This document shows, piece after piece, positions 1 through 12,875 of a stretch of 64,000 nt of DNA. The notes beneath the pieces were generated by a model, which saw nothing but the letters and a program-made list of their open reading frames with translations, made no database searches and was not told where the DNA came from. The first letter of the stretch is position 1; every line of letters starts with the position of its first letter. Position numbers and translations under genes: made by a program. The DNA comes from Octopus vulgaris. Its lineage: Eukaryota. The stretch is from contig OX597814.1 in assembly GCA_951406725.2 (NCBI GenBank), positions 116,436,001 through 116,500,000 on the forward strand, in the 5' to 3' direction.

Positions 1-35
1 TATAGGCCCTAAAATTCACTCAAGAATTGCCCACA

Positions 36-100
36 GGCATATGGCGTAGTGGTCAAGAGCACGTTCCAAGTTCGATTTCAAGTAGTGACATGAATAATAA
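36..100 (+). mobile_element. tRNA-derived head of the hammerhead-bearing SINE-like family (compare 34255-34296), followed by an A/TAA tract
   Basis: A-box TGGCGTAGTGG (42-52), B-box-like GTTCGATTTC (70-79), then AGTGACATGAATAATAA as at 34288-34300. Confidence 0.6.
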
Positions 101-139
101 AAATTTGAAAAAAAAAAAAAAATAATAATAATAAACTGC

Positions 140-546
140 CCAAAAATAAAGAATGTGGAATCTGAAGGCTAAAAAAATGTGGAATCTGAAGACTATAAAA
201 ATGTGGAAGCTGAAGACTAAAACAATACCTGGGAATGATAGCGAAAGGGGCTGATTGCTACCTTGCTCAGATACCAGGAAACCCCAAAATGGCAGAAATT
301 CAAAAGATAGTACTCATGAGAACTGCTCATATCCTACGCAATATACTTTCTATGTAATCTCAAGTTTTAAAACAAACATAATTTTCTTATGGCTTCTTAA
401 ACATTCTCTAGAACAACACTATGTGCAGAACCAAATATATGGCACCGTAGGCATAGCACCAACGTGAACTTCCAACTTGTCTCTTGAGGTCTCTGGGTGA
501 GACTTGGAGCCAACTTATACACATTTAAAGCAAAAGTCAAACAAAA
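140..546 (+). mobile_element. 5'-truncated 3' end of R4/Dong-like REL-endonuclease LINE (family A)
   Basis: Degenerate C-terminus MWNLKT..GMIAKGADCYLAQIP..MAEIQKIVLMRTAHILRNILSM* resembles the ends of ORFs 34402-35358 and 33240-33464; near copy at 21703-22105; flanked by TAA/TAC repeats; ~24-bp unit triplicated at 152-220. Confidence 0.8.
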
Positions 547-605
<59 letters not shown>

Positions 606-633
606 ATAATAATAATGATAAAAATAATAATAA
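547..633. repeat. compound (TAC)n(TAA)n microsatellite
   Basis: direct reading. Confidence 0.95.
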
Positions 634-714
634 CAGCTTAGACAGAAAGACAAGGATGATGGCCCTAAGAAAGGTGTGTGTAAAATTTGAATGAAATCAG
701 TTCGGTAGTTCTCG

Positions 715-831
715 AGCTTTAGTGAAGCACACCGACAGAACCGCCAAGTTACGGGACATAAAGACACCAACATTGGTTTCAAGTGCTGATGGGGGAGGAG
801 CAAACACAGACACACAAATACATACATACGA

Positions 832-911
<80 letters not shown>

Positions 912-1090
912 GTATATATATACGACGGGTTCTTTCAGTTTACATCTACCAAATCCACTCACAAACCCTTGGTCTTACCGAGGCTACAGTAGAAAACACA
1001 CGCCCGAGGTGCCACGCAGTAGAACTGAACCCGTAACCATATGGTTGGGAAGCAAGCTTCTTACTGTAAAGCCACTCCTGCTCCTATGCA
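715..1090 (-). mobile_element. tRNA-derived SINE family A with internal (CA)/(TA) microsatellite
   Basis: Matches copies at 12095, 27630, 29296, 50193 and 54985; head AGGAGTGGCT..GGTAAG..GGGTTCAGT on the minus strand. Confidence 0.85.
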
Positions 1091-1736
1091 TATATTCATA
1101 CCTTTATGCATGATTCTATGTTTGTGTATAGACACACACAGATACATACACACACACACTCACACACACATGTACACTCACGCACATACGAACATGCACG
1201 GACACATTTATATTTATATCTATATGTGCAGGAATATATACATCAATATTTGAATGTATATGCATCAATATACATGTATGGACATGAATATACATGAGAA
1301 AATTCTAGAATCTAAGATTAGGAAACCAGAAATCTACATTTCCGAGAAGATAAATTGTTTTTGAATTAATAGTTATGAGTATGCTGGTAAATGTATATTA
1401 TATGAAGGTCTTTACTTATAAACTTTTCCGATTTATTACAGTCTATTATATATCATTTTAGTAATTTCCTTTTTATTATGTATTATAATTTCGCTTATTT
1501 ATTTTACTGTATATATTTACACTTTTTTAATTGCATTAGTCGTGGTTATGTAAGATTATGTGTGTGTTTTCTGTGTAGATATATTGTAACTAACATAGAA
1601 AGAATGATGTTCTTTGACTAGACTAGCTCTAAATGTTTGACGTCACATATAGTGGAGAAATTATTTCGACATTTATGAAGTAATTTTGTGATATGTATTG
1701 GGATTTCACAAAAAAAATTATCCTGTTATATTTATA

Positions 1737-1945
1737 CTGGCGAGAGAATTGACACCCTTGGAAAAATGCTTAGCGGCATTTTGTCTGGTGCTACGTTATA
1801 GGTTCAAACTCCTTCAAGGTCGAATTTGACCTTTATCCTTTCAAAGTCGATAAAATACTTATCAGTTGAATTATGGGATCGTTGTAACCGGTTTGCAGCC
1901 TCCCTTAAAATTGTTGGCCTTGTTTAAAAAAATTAAATCAATATT
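1737..1945 (+). mobile_element. tRNA-derived SINE family B, diverged
   Basis: AAATGCTTAGCGGCATTT..GGTTCAAA..AAGGTCGA..TATCCTTTC..GTCGATAAAA, similar to 53536-53763. Confidence 0.7.
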
Positions 1946-2369
1946 TATACTAACGTTTAGTGGTATAAGATATTTTGTTTAAGTAGAATTACCTATCAAT
2001 TAGTGAAAGCAGAAAATCGTTAATGAATTCTGTAAAATAACAGAAAACATGTGTATCTGGGGACTGCCTTTAACCCAGTGATCCGCACAACACATTCACT
2101 GGTTCTATTTCACTTGCTTAGTATTCGTTAATTATTTCATTATTTAATCACTTAAATAATCGATTGTGGAATTAATTATACGGCTAATTCGATTAGTTAA
2201 ATGTTTAAATAGTTAGGGAAGTAACGAATAATAGAATATAAAATAGCACCAGTGCTTCTGTTTATTATTGAAATGATGACCCACCCAAAATGCAACGATA
2301 TCCGTTCAGCACATGATTTCATCCCAACAATCTTGCACACCAAATACCGAAAGGAAACAAATGGTAGAA

Positions 2370-2400
<31 letters not shown>

Positions 2401-2406
2401 AATACA

Positions 2407-2448
<42 letters not shown>

Positions 2449-2724
2449 ACGGTCCTTCAGCAATAGCATTCCTTCTTAAGCTCAGTGGCTGCTACTATCT
2501 TCAGGCCACGACAGACAGAGAGGATGCTCTTGAAGCCGAGCATTTAAACTTACGGAGAAAATAATTACATATCGTCTGAGGAGACACAAATTCATCTCAT
2601 AACGGAGGAAAACGGTTGCATAATCAAGTACCTAAACGCCTGGAGAGCTATGTTGCGTAAAAATAATTCTAATGATTGAAAATAAATGTCCAACATATTC
2701 CTTCTTATTGAATCCGATTTTTTC

Positions 2725-2780
<56 letters not shown>

Positions 2781-2784
<4 letters not shown>

Positions 2785-3153
2785 GGCAGTTTGTCTGTGC
2801 GTGTTTCTGTGTGTCTGTTTGCTTGTACCCTCACCCTGACCTCGGCTTTCAAACGATTCTGATGAAACTTGACACACACATAGCCCAATGTCATAATTCA
2901 AAACTAACGCAGCGAAAATTTTGAAAAGTTCCCCCAGTTCTGGAAAAAAATCGATAAATTCGACATGGGGTCGAGAATCAGAAACACGAACCACAAACTA
3001 TCTAGGGGACGCAACTCCACCTTTTTTAAATCTCAAAAAAAAATTTACCATAATTTTTTTCCATTTTTTTGCTATTTTTTGGCTATAACTCTCTAAAAAT
3101 GCTTTATAGTTATTTCCCTTACAAACCTGAGCAACGCCGGGCGATACTGCTAG
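2781..3153 (+). mobile_element. non-autonomous Helitron
   Basis: GTCT/GTTT-rich 5' region, 3' GC-rich hairpin CCTGAGCAACGCCGGG, terminal CTAG followed by T; lies in (TA)n. Confidence 0.75.
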
Positions 3154-3174
3154 TATATATATATATATACATAC

Positions 3175-3562
3175 TTTTATTCTTTTATTCTTTTACTTCT
3201 TTCAGTCATTTGGTTGCGGCCATGCTGGAGCACCGCTTTTGCTCGAGCAAATCGACCCCAGGACTTATTCTTTGTAAGTCTAGTAATTATTCTATCGGTG
3301 TCTTTTGCCGAACTGCTAAGTTACGGGGACGTAAACACACCAGCATCGGTTGTCGAGTGACGTTGAGGGACAAATATAGACTCAGAAAAACATACGCACG
3401 CATAGACATATATGTATATACAAATATACGACGGGCTCACAAGGCTTTGGTCGGCCCGAGGCTATAGTAGAATACACTTGACCAAGGTGCCACGCAGTGA
3501 AACTGAACCCAGAACAATGTGGCTGGTAAGCAGGCTACTTACCAGGTAGCAACTCCTTGGCT
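3175..3562 (-). mobile_element. SINE family A
   Basis: tail TTTCAGTCATTTGGTTGCGGCCATGCTGGAGCACCGC through tRNA-like head. Confidence 0.85.
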
Positions 3563-3770
3563 GATTGATATATATATATATATATATATACATTTGGTTT
3601 TGGGATTTGGTTTGCAAGATTCTTTATATGAGTTCGTGTGATGAAGCATATTCTGTTGTGTCTGGGGAGAGTCATTCTCTTTTAGTGCCTTATATTTTAA
3701 CACACTCACCGGTAAAATTTACTCTCATTATTTACTTATTATTCTTGCAATTATTAAGCGAAATATATAA

Positions 3771-3807
<37 letters not shown>

Positions 3808-3808
<1 letters not shown>

Positions 3809-3968
3809 GCACAGGTGTGTCCGTATGACAAGAAGATGCTTCCCAACTACATGGTTCCGGATTCAGTCCCACTCCGTGGCATCTTGGACAAGTGTCTTGT
3901 ACTATAGTTTCGGGCCGATCAAACCTTTGTGAGCGGATTCGGCAGACAGAAATTGAAAGAAGCCCGTC

Positions 3969-3970
<2 letters not shown>
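3808..3970 (+). mobile_element. SINE family A, 5' half
   Basis: ACATGGTTCCGGATTCAGTCCCACTCCGTGGCA..GAAAGAAGCCCGTC. Confidence 0.8.
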
Positions 3971-4030
<60 letters not shown>

Positions 4031-4060
4031 TGTATATACACATATGTGTATATATATGCG

Positions 4061-4086
<26 letters not shown>

Positions 4087-4091
<5 letters not shown>

Positions 4092-4904
4092 TCCTTATCG
4101 TTTCAAGGAAATGCGAACGCTGAAGAAGCGATGCAGACTGGAGAAAGAAGGGTATTTAAAAGCTCTGACATTTTGAATTTTTTTGTTAATTTATGAGATA
4201 TTGTATAGAAATATTAATCGGGAATTATGTTTTTGTGTATAATACTTGGTATGACTGGCTCTAAAACAATAATAACTTAATACGTCTTTAGACTACTCTT
4301 TTACTCTTTTACTCTTTTACTTGTTTCAGTCATTTGACTGCGGCCATGCTGGAGCACCAGAAAATTCAGTTGCGCACAGTGAGGGGCCGGTTTCATTTCA
4401 GATGAGAAACCTCCACACGGATAAAACTGATCATTTGATGTCAAGAAATGGTCCGCTAGTTATCTTTATTTTTACCTCTTATACACTGTTACTTGTTTTA
4501 GTCATTTTGATTGCGGCCACGCTGGAGCACCGCCTCGAAAGGTTTTTAGTCGAACAAGTCTCTCACACGACTTTTTTCTTTTAAAGCTTAGTGCTTATTC
4601 TATCGTTGTCTTTATCCAAACCCCTAGTCACAGGGACGCTAACATACCAACACCGGTTAAAAAGTGGTGGTGGGGCAAACAAAACACCCCACAAACACAT
4701 AATCACAAGCACACACAAACATATATATATATATGTATATATATGCATATATATATATCTATAAAATATGAATTAGAGATAAAACCACTAGTATGCAACT
4801 CAAACAGTGATAGACGTAAACCATATTTATATATATATATACATATATGTGTATATATATAAATATATATATATACATTTATATATATATATATTTATAT
4901 ATAT

Positions 4905-4947
<43 letters not shown>

Positions 4948-5688
4948 TGGTTTACGTCTATCACTGTTTGAGTTGCATACTAGTGGTTTTATCTCTAATT
5001 CATATTTTATAGATATATATATATGCATATATATACATATATATATATATGTTTGTGTGTGCTTGTGATTATGTGTTTGTGGGGTGTTTTTGTTTGCCCC
5101 ACCACCACTTTTTAACCGGTGTTGGTATGTTAGCGTCCCTGTGACTAGGGGTTTGGATAAAGACAACGATAGAATAAGCACTAAGCTTTAAAAGAAAAAA
5201 AAGTCGTGTGAGCGACTTGTTCGACTAAAAAACCTTTCGAGGCGGTGCTCCAGCGTGGCCGCAATCAAAATGACTAAAACAAGTAACAGTGTATAAGAGG
5301 TAAAAATAAAGATAACTAGCGGACCATTTCTTGACATCAAATGATCAGTTTTATCCGTGTGGAGGTTTCTCATCTGAAATGAAACCGGCCCCTCACTGTG
5401 CGCAACTGAATTTTCTGGTGCTCCAGCATGGCCGCAGTCAAATGACTGAAACAAGTAAAAGAGTAAAAGAGTAAAAGAGTAGTCTAAAGACGTATTAAGT
5501 TATTATTGTTTTAGAGCCAGTCATACCAAGTATTATACACAAAAACATAATTCCCGATTAATATTTCTATACAATATCTCATAAATTAACCAAAAAAATC
5601 AAAATGTCAGAGCTTTTAAATACCCTTCTTTCTCCAGTCTGCATCGCTTCTTCAGCGTTCGCATTTCCTTGAAACGATAAGGAATTTA
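4087..5688. repeat. near-perfect inverted duplication (~750-bp arms 4087-~4832 and ~4942-5688) around a (TA)n spacer; contains SINE A pieces
   Basis: ORFs 4321-4584(+) and 5188-5454(-) encode essentially the same peptide; arms differ mainly by homopolymer indels. Confidence 0.95.
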
Positions 5689-6254
5689 TTTGCAGATATC
5701 TAAATGCCAGGCGTAATCTAATCCTGACATTTGCAGCCCAACCATACAAATGTGTCTTCATAAGGTCATGTGGTTTATCTTGTATATAAATAGTTTCAGA
5801 TTTTAGATATTTAAATCGCTGTTGTTTGTTTTAGTAAAATCCTATATATGGAACTGTTGTTGTTTCAGATTATTAATTCAAGCTTCTTTCTCAAATATCA
5901 ACATCTTCCGAATATTCAGTAGTGGCTTAGATGTAGTAAAAAAGAAATGTGCGCCGATAATAGTTAATGCGTTGGGATCAGAATCATAAGATCGTAGGTT
6001 TAATTCTTGTACAAGGCAGCGTTTTGTCTCCTTGCGCTAGGTATCTCCTTTCATACTGCATCAATCTACTTATCTGATAATGAATACCAGCCCCACCTCT
6101 TTCCAGCAGCCACATCCTCCATGCTCTGCTAGGTAAATTGTATGTCGGTGGGGGGTGAGAACGTGTATCTCTGCTTTAATCAAATGAGGTACAAGCTACC
6201 AGGGCATTCTTGCTTGCGAGTGAAGCCTAAGCTTCTTACATCAACGCGGTATCA

Positions 6255-6434
6255 TCCATATCATCATCATCCTCATCATCATCGGCAGCAGCAGCAGCGG
6301 CGGCATAATATCACCATCACCATCGGCATCATCGTCATCAGCATCATCGTTATCGTCTTCAGCCTCTTCCCCTTTGTCTCATCATCATCACCACCACCAC
6401 CACCACCACCACCACCACCACCACCACCACCACC

Positions 6435-6468
<34 letters not shown>

Positions 6469-6513
6469 TCATCATCACCACCATCCTCCTCCTCCTCCTC
6501 ATCATCATCATCG
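6255..6513. repeat. compound (CAT)n/(CAG)n/(CAC)n/(CCT)n microsatellite
   Basis: direct reading. Confidence 0.9.
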
Positions 6514-6891
6514 TTTTAACGTTTACTAAAACACATGCATCCTAATCTTCCAAAGACGTTTTTCCATGGAATAATATTGAACTTCAAAATCTTAAAGACA
6601 CTATGATGTATTGGTATACTTATTTATTAATTGTTGTATATATTTATTATTTTTTCGAAAAAACATTATAATTTTATTTCTCCTTCCTCATCTTAAAAAA
6701 AAATTTCCCCTTCCTCATCTTGAAAATTTGCCTTGCCATGAAAGCTAGTTTGATTTCCTTTTTTAATCTTTCTTACTCCGATTTATATTAAAATTTGAAT
6801 TCAGTTTAGCATTCTGCCTTATCATTATTCTTTTCCTATCATTTCTCCGCGTGCGGTTAACACAACCTCACCATTTACTACCTTATATATA

Positions 6892-6931
<40 letters not shown>

Positions 6932-8754
6932 GTGGAGATGGCATAAACAGAGAAACAGAAGCCAAATTTTTGAGCGTATGGGTGGTTTTATAAATCGCTT
7001 TCAATTTGGTACACGGAATTTGTCCTAGTAGTAAAACGAAACTGTTTAGATTAAAAATATTGAAACTGGGACCCCTTCTTTATGAATGATACACATGAAC
7101 GAAATAGAATTTGAACTACGTACTTCCATATTTAAAAATTCGTAAAGCAGAATCTTTTGGCACATATTCGGAATAAACGAAAGGGTGTGGACAAGTGTAC
7201 GTCTTCCACTGTTTCTGATAAGGAAGTTTGTTTGTGCTCCAGTCTAGCTAGCTATCCAGAATATGTAAATATGTAACTTAACTTCCATGGGAATTTTCCC
7301 TTATCATAGTAACATCGTGTCCTGAAGTATATCTGTTTTATCTGTTTATTAGAGAAAAAAAAAACGGTTTGTAGATACAGAATACTTGCTAATGTATTAC
7401 ACATTTTTCAATACGGCATTATCAATCCTTGAATTAATTTACATCTTATCAGTGAAAGAGAGAAAAAAAATCATAGTTTTATCACAGAACTTCAATGTTA
7501 GTTTGTAACAACAACCGTATAAATTTGACTTTGCTCGTTGAAATATATTTATTAAGTTTTACACTCTCAGATAATTTTTCTTATTAAAAATCTCTATGTT
7601 ATCGAGTCTGGATCACGAAATATTAGATTTTGTAAAATCAGATAAGAAAAATCTTTCTTTTTCAAATGTGGAAGTTTACTGGAATTATACAAACAGATTT
7701 CGCATTATAGTAGTATGAATCATATATTCGAGATGGAGAAGCTTCTACAACACGTGTACATTCTACATGATATGTAAGAATTAGTAAATGACAGTCGCGG
7801 TTGAGTTGCCATTGGTTGTACTTAGAATGGAACATGCTTGACAATAAGCGAAATAGTAACACCTGGAGTTATTAATCAGTATGTAATATGAAAAGAAATA
7901 TCGAGGCAAATGTGTCATTCGTTGTGAAACCCCTCTCTCTGTGTGCTGGGGTAGAGGTTACTGTGAAATGATCAGAGACACAATGCATATATACGCGGGA
8001 GATTGATTCTGTGAATCGTATTTGGTCATTAAAGTGTTCACCATACTTCTGGCCATTAAGTCTGAAAGGGCATAAACGACAGAAGCAACGACGTCAATGT
8101 TCACGACGGCAAAATATGTCTTTCTCTCAACTGGAAAAATTCCATTTACTATCATAAGAGTTTGGAAACATTAGAAAATGCAGTTCCAAATTTATAAAAG
8201 GATAAGATGTTAAACTTTAGGCTTAGGTTTAGGGTTAGGGATCTGCTCACACAGAGTCAGACAGGGGAAAAACCAAAATCGCCGTCATCACAAATGAAGC
8301 GCTACATTGATTCGTTGTTTAATGATTTCCATTCAACGATAACACTGGTTTACACAGAAACTGAGGTAAACTTAAAAACAGTTGTTCCGGCGTAATTTTC
8401 AGAGCTGATTTCAAATACAAAACCAGTTTTCACTCATCACCTCTAGTTTTTGAGATATACAAATTATTATAATTTTGCGACAATTAACGTAACATATAAT
8501 CAATTCTTATTTTGTTTTCCAGGATCTTGAGATATATATGATACATATCTCTACAAAGGTTTCAAATACTTCAAAACATCGAAGAAACATCAATGTATAT
8601 ATACACATACACACACACACACATATGCTAGCATTACACACACACAGACTGGTGCGCACGCACATAACCCCCCACACACATACCTCCTTCTCTTGCACTC
8701 TCCTGTCTTTGAAAGAACTTTCTCTTCACCCATTCCCTTCCGGTCATTTCAATA

Positions 8755-8947
8755 TGTGACTGCGTGTGTATCCTTGGCGATTTTCTTTCCCCGTCTTCCC
8801 TTCTTTGGCCTTTTTCGATATTTCTGACGAAGAGCTCCGCTCGGAACGTGATATCCTCTTTCTTTCCTTTCCTGAGCGTCCAATAACACTGTATTTATTC
8901 CACGTCCTCGCGTTATTTTTCCTTGCTTGTTCATGTTTGGATTAACT
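8755..8947 (+). mobile_element. solo Penelope 3'-terminal (pLTR-like) fragment with decayed hammerhead
   Basis: CTGACGA-AGAGC-TCC-GCTC-GGAACGT (8824-8849), then TTCCTGAGCGT..AATAAC; related to 11101, 48321 and 36766. Confidence 0.7.
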
Positions 8948-8948
8948 A

Positions 8949-9025
<77 letters not shown>

Positions 9026-9028
<3 letters not shown>

Positions 9029-9886
9029 TGTAAAAAAGAAGTTTGAAAACGCCACTATATTATATCAATTTTAATTTTCGTATGAATTTTACATGTTTCG
9101 GTTCTTGAAAAAACGAACCTTATCAAATATATTTTTAAAAGTAAAGTGTAATAGAAAAGTTCATGATTGTTTCTTACTGGTCTCAATAGAATCCATGTGG
9201 TGGTGTTTTGTCGGTAGTAGGTATAATAGCTATAAATTTCAAGTTGAGTGTAGTAAAGAAGTTCATTATTGTTTCTTGCTGGTATCAACGGGATCCACGT
9301 GGCTGTTTTTAGCTTTCTTGAGTTAGAATGACCCGCGACTGGAATGGTAGCAGCAGTAGCGATTGTTGGTTGTAGTAGTAGTAACCGTGGTGGTGGTTTG
9401 GGTTGCAGCAGCTCAGCTGTGGCAGTGAGATGACCAGTGGCTGAGATGGCAGTAGCAGCAGTTACTGTTGGTCGTAGTAGTGGTAACTGTGGTGGTGGTT
9501 GGGGTTGTAGCAGTTTAGCTGTGGCCGTAGTAGCAGCAGCAGTAGTGGAGGACTGTTGATCGTAGCAGCAATAGTAGTGACCAGGATGGTTGTAGTAGTA
9601 GTGATGATAGTGGAGGTAGTCGTAGTGATCGTGGTGGTTGTGGTAGAATTCTATTTTTCTTTTCGGAAGATCAATGTTTTGTTTTAATATTCCTGGCCCA
9701 GGGTGTTCAAACTTGGTCTAAATTTTTTAATGAAATAAAGTTCTTTATTTTGGCGTTGAGTGAAGGTTACGCCGTCACTGAATTTGTAGAGTGGGCAAGT
9801 TGTAAATTTCGAACTTTTATTTGAAGCACATCTATCTATGTGTCCGCTGACTGGTATTTTCCGGTATTCAGGGTTTCTAATTTGGG

Positions 9887-9890
<4 letters not shown>
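9026..9890 (-). mobile_element. Penelope-like element 3' fragment: GIY-YIG C-terminal half plus 3' UTR
   Basis: [46 protein letters not shown] aligns with 45682-45888; both ends in (TA)n; tandem duplications in the UTR. Confidence 0.8.
9085..9132 (-). ncRNA. type-I hammerhead ribozyme motif, U3:A8 variant
   Basis: Minus strand TTGATAA-GGTTC-(10 nt)-GAACC-GAAACATGTA: 5-bp stem II, palindromic helix III ACATGT, GUA triplet, imperfect stem I. Confidence 0.65.
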
Positions 9891-9951
<61 letters not shown>

Positions 9952-10011
9952 TACAGATATATATACTTACACATATATATATACATACACATATATATAA
10001 ATAAATACATA

Positions 10012-10060
<49 letters not shown>

Positions 10061-10061
<1 letters not shown>

Positions 10062-10653
10062 AAATCAAAATAAGCAACAAGTATATCCGAGGTAGAGTAG
10101 TACAATTGTTTCATGCTACTTCCTTTTATTAAACACGGTAAGTATTACATCAGTTTTAAAATGTCGAGCAATCTTCAGCCACTTATAGAATTTTCCAGTC
10201 AAACGGACAATGCACATTCTTATCTCTATTTCATTTGCCAACATTATAAAGAGGGTAGATCTAAATAACCAAAGTAAAATCAATGATAAAATCTACAGTC
10301 AGAGAGTGAATTTGCTACTATCATGTTCTTAAGAAGGAAATCAACCTCTCTGTCTATATATCTACCCTCTTTATAATGTTGGCAAATGAAATAGGGATAA
10401 GAATGTGCATTGTCCGTTTGACTGGAAAATTCTATAAGTGGCTGAAGATTGCTCGACCTTTTAAAACTGATGTAATACTTACAGTGTTTAATAAAATGAA
10501 GTAGTATGAAACAATTGTACTACTCTACCTCGGATATACTTATTGCTTATTTTGATTATAATCACCCCATTTGATTTATATGGATTGTACCATACAAAAT
10601 TCTGGTGTCTTTGACTCAAGTACCATATTCATCTGAATCTAAATTTTGCTGAT

Positions 10654-10657
<4 letters not shown>
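10061..10657. mobile_element. TA-embedded foldback element (arms 10061-10260 and 10360-10558, extra 3' tail), probably PLE-derived
   Basis: ~200-bp inverted arms with a few mismatches, ~100-bp spacer, flanked by (TA)n. Confidence 0.7.
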
Positions 10658-10743
<86 letters not shown>

Positions 10744-11100
10744 GTTTTTGTCTCATTTGGTCTAAAGTCGTATGACAACCACCGTTCTATATATTTTGTT
10801 TATTCATTACTGTTTTCAATTTCGTTTTCGTCTCTTGTATTCACATCCGTCTTGTGCGTTCACATTCCTGTCTTCTACCAAGAAATCTAATGCTTACAGC
10901 TTAGTTTTTTTTCTTGGGGCTGGCCGAGTTGGAGCAAATATCAGAATTGAACAGCCGAAATTTGCTATGATGATTCGGTGTCTGACTGAAGATTGAAGGC
11001 TTCGAATGATTTGTCTGTGTTCCGTGTTCGTCCCTTCCTGTATTTCACGTTCATTATATATAAAAACATTCATTCATTTATATATATATATATATATATA

Positions 11101-11238
11101 GCTCCGCTCGAAACGTTAAACCCTCCTTCCCTTCTTTCCTGAGCGTCAATAATACTTTAATTGTTCCACGTCCTGCGTTGCTGTGTTTTTTTCTCATTTT
11201 TTCTCTTTTTTTCAGTGTTTTCTTGTTTGGATTAACTT
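11101..11238 (+). mobile_element. solo PLE terminal fragment, 5'-truncated within its hammerhead
   Basis: GCTCCGCTCGAAACGTTAAA..TTCCTGAGCGTCAATAATAC..TGGATTAACT, matching 8834-8947. Confidence 0.7.
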
Positions 11239-12093
11239 TATATATATGTATATATGGTCAGTTAAATAAATTTTCAAGATATCCTGATTAAATCATGCCT
11301 ATCGTTTCATGTACCTGGATACACATAAACACAAACCAGCAGGTTATGCAACTAGATATATGCATATGCTCTACGAACATCTATAAAATATGGTAAATAT
11401 AGGAATAGAGTTGACAACACATGTTTTATATCTATCTTAATGAAGTGTACTGTCTCATACATTATTTTGTCGCCTGAACTTTTGCTAGATTATCTTATTG
11501 TCTGAATTGCACCAACGGTAAAATAATTCACCAATCATCAACAAACTTTATCCTTCACTAAACCTCGTGTCGTTAGTAGTTATACAAATATTCCCACTTC
11601 CACCACGACCACTTCTCAGGGATTTCATCAAAGATGTGAAGTTCTATTTAATTCTGATTAATACATTGAAATCACTTGGCGCTTTTGAAATATCAAAATA
11701 TTTTCATGATGAAGTGATTGGTAATTACGTTAGGATTGAAGCAAACGAATCCCATTAGTCACACTGACGACAGCTTGAATTAGAATTCCTCTAACACTTG
11801 ATTTCATATTTGTCGTTTTATGTGTGCCTTGTTATTACATCTGAAATTAGTAAAGAACATTTGCAAAGACTCCCTTAAAGGTTTCGAGAAACTGAGTAGG
11901 TCTTTGAAGAGAAAATTAATCTTGAGTATTGGTGGATTAGAGTTACATGCTTGGATCATGGGAAAAAAAACCCTGGATGAATCAGGATTATTCCAAGAAA
12001 GAATTATTACGTACTTATACAGTTTTTTATGAATAACATACAAATGCCATTACAGAAGGCGCTAACTACATTCCATGTATTTTTACAGAATTT

Positions 12094-12500
12094 GTAGGAG
12101 TGGCTGTGTGGTAAGAACTTGCTTAACAACCAACTGCTTCCGGGTTCAGTCGCACTGCGTGGCACCTTGGGCAAGTATCTTCTACTATAGCCTCGGGCCG
12201 ACAAAAGCCGTGTGAGTGGATTTGGTAGACGGAAACTGAAAGAAGCCCGTCGTAAATATGTTTATATATGTATATGTGTGTGTATGTGTGTTTGTGTCTG
12301 TGTTTGTCCCCACCACATCGCTTGACAACCGATGCTGGTGTGTTTACGCCCCCGTAACTTAGCGGTTCGGCACAAACGACCGATAGAATAAGTACTAGGC
12401 TTACAAAGAGTAAGTCCTGGGGTCGATTTGCTCGACTAAAAGGCGGTGTTCCAGCATGGCCACAGTCAAATGACTGAAACAAGTAAAAAGAGTAAAAGAA
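12094..12500 (+). mobile_element. SINE family A, full length
   Basis: head GTAGGAGTGGCTGTGTGGTAAG..CCGGGTTCAGTC; tail GGCGGTGTTCCAGCATGGCCACAGTCAAATGACTGAAACAAGTAAAAAGAGTAAAAG. Confidence 0.9.
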
Positions 12501-12875
12501 CTGTGAAGATTTGGTAATCTTCAAGTTGTATATAACCAGTAGCATTAATTTGTTTTGCAGTGACCTCTTCTATAATTTATCTCGATTTATTGATACCGAT
12601 TCGTCCACTAATAATCGACTCCGTTCATGTTTTTATTTTCTGGCAGACGTTGTATTCGCATTATTTGTATTAAGTGTGTTAGCTCTTTGCACTTTTCATT
12701 TCTCACACTTTAATTACATAGAAATATTTGAATTACGTTTGTTTATCAATACTTTATATTTTCAACTTTAGTTACGTCTCTTGAAGTAGTTTTATTTGTA
12801 TCCGGAACTTAATTCTTTTTCCGTCATATTCTAAATCACTATTCCAATTTTTTTGTTGCCAATTTTCAGAGTGAA

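Noticed and set aside
603-1297. YI/HT/CV-repeat ORFs here and throughout the window
   Set aside because: Translations of (TA)n, (CA)n and (TATG)n microsatellites, which lack stop codons; no coding signal.
4117-4145. Hammerhead at CTGAAGAAGCGATGC
   Set aside because: No GAAA or helix III follows.
4321-5454. Duplicated 87-aa gene pair
   Set aside because: Made of SINE tails within the inverted duplication; non-ATG starts.
6142-6519. poly-His/Pro/Ser membrane protein ORF
   Set aside because: Derived from a trinucleotide microsatellite adjacent to a SINE remnant.
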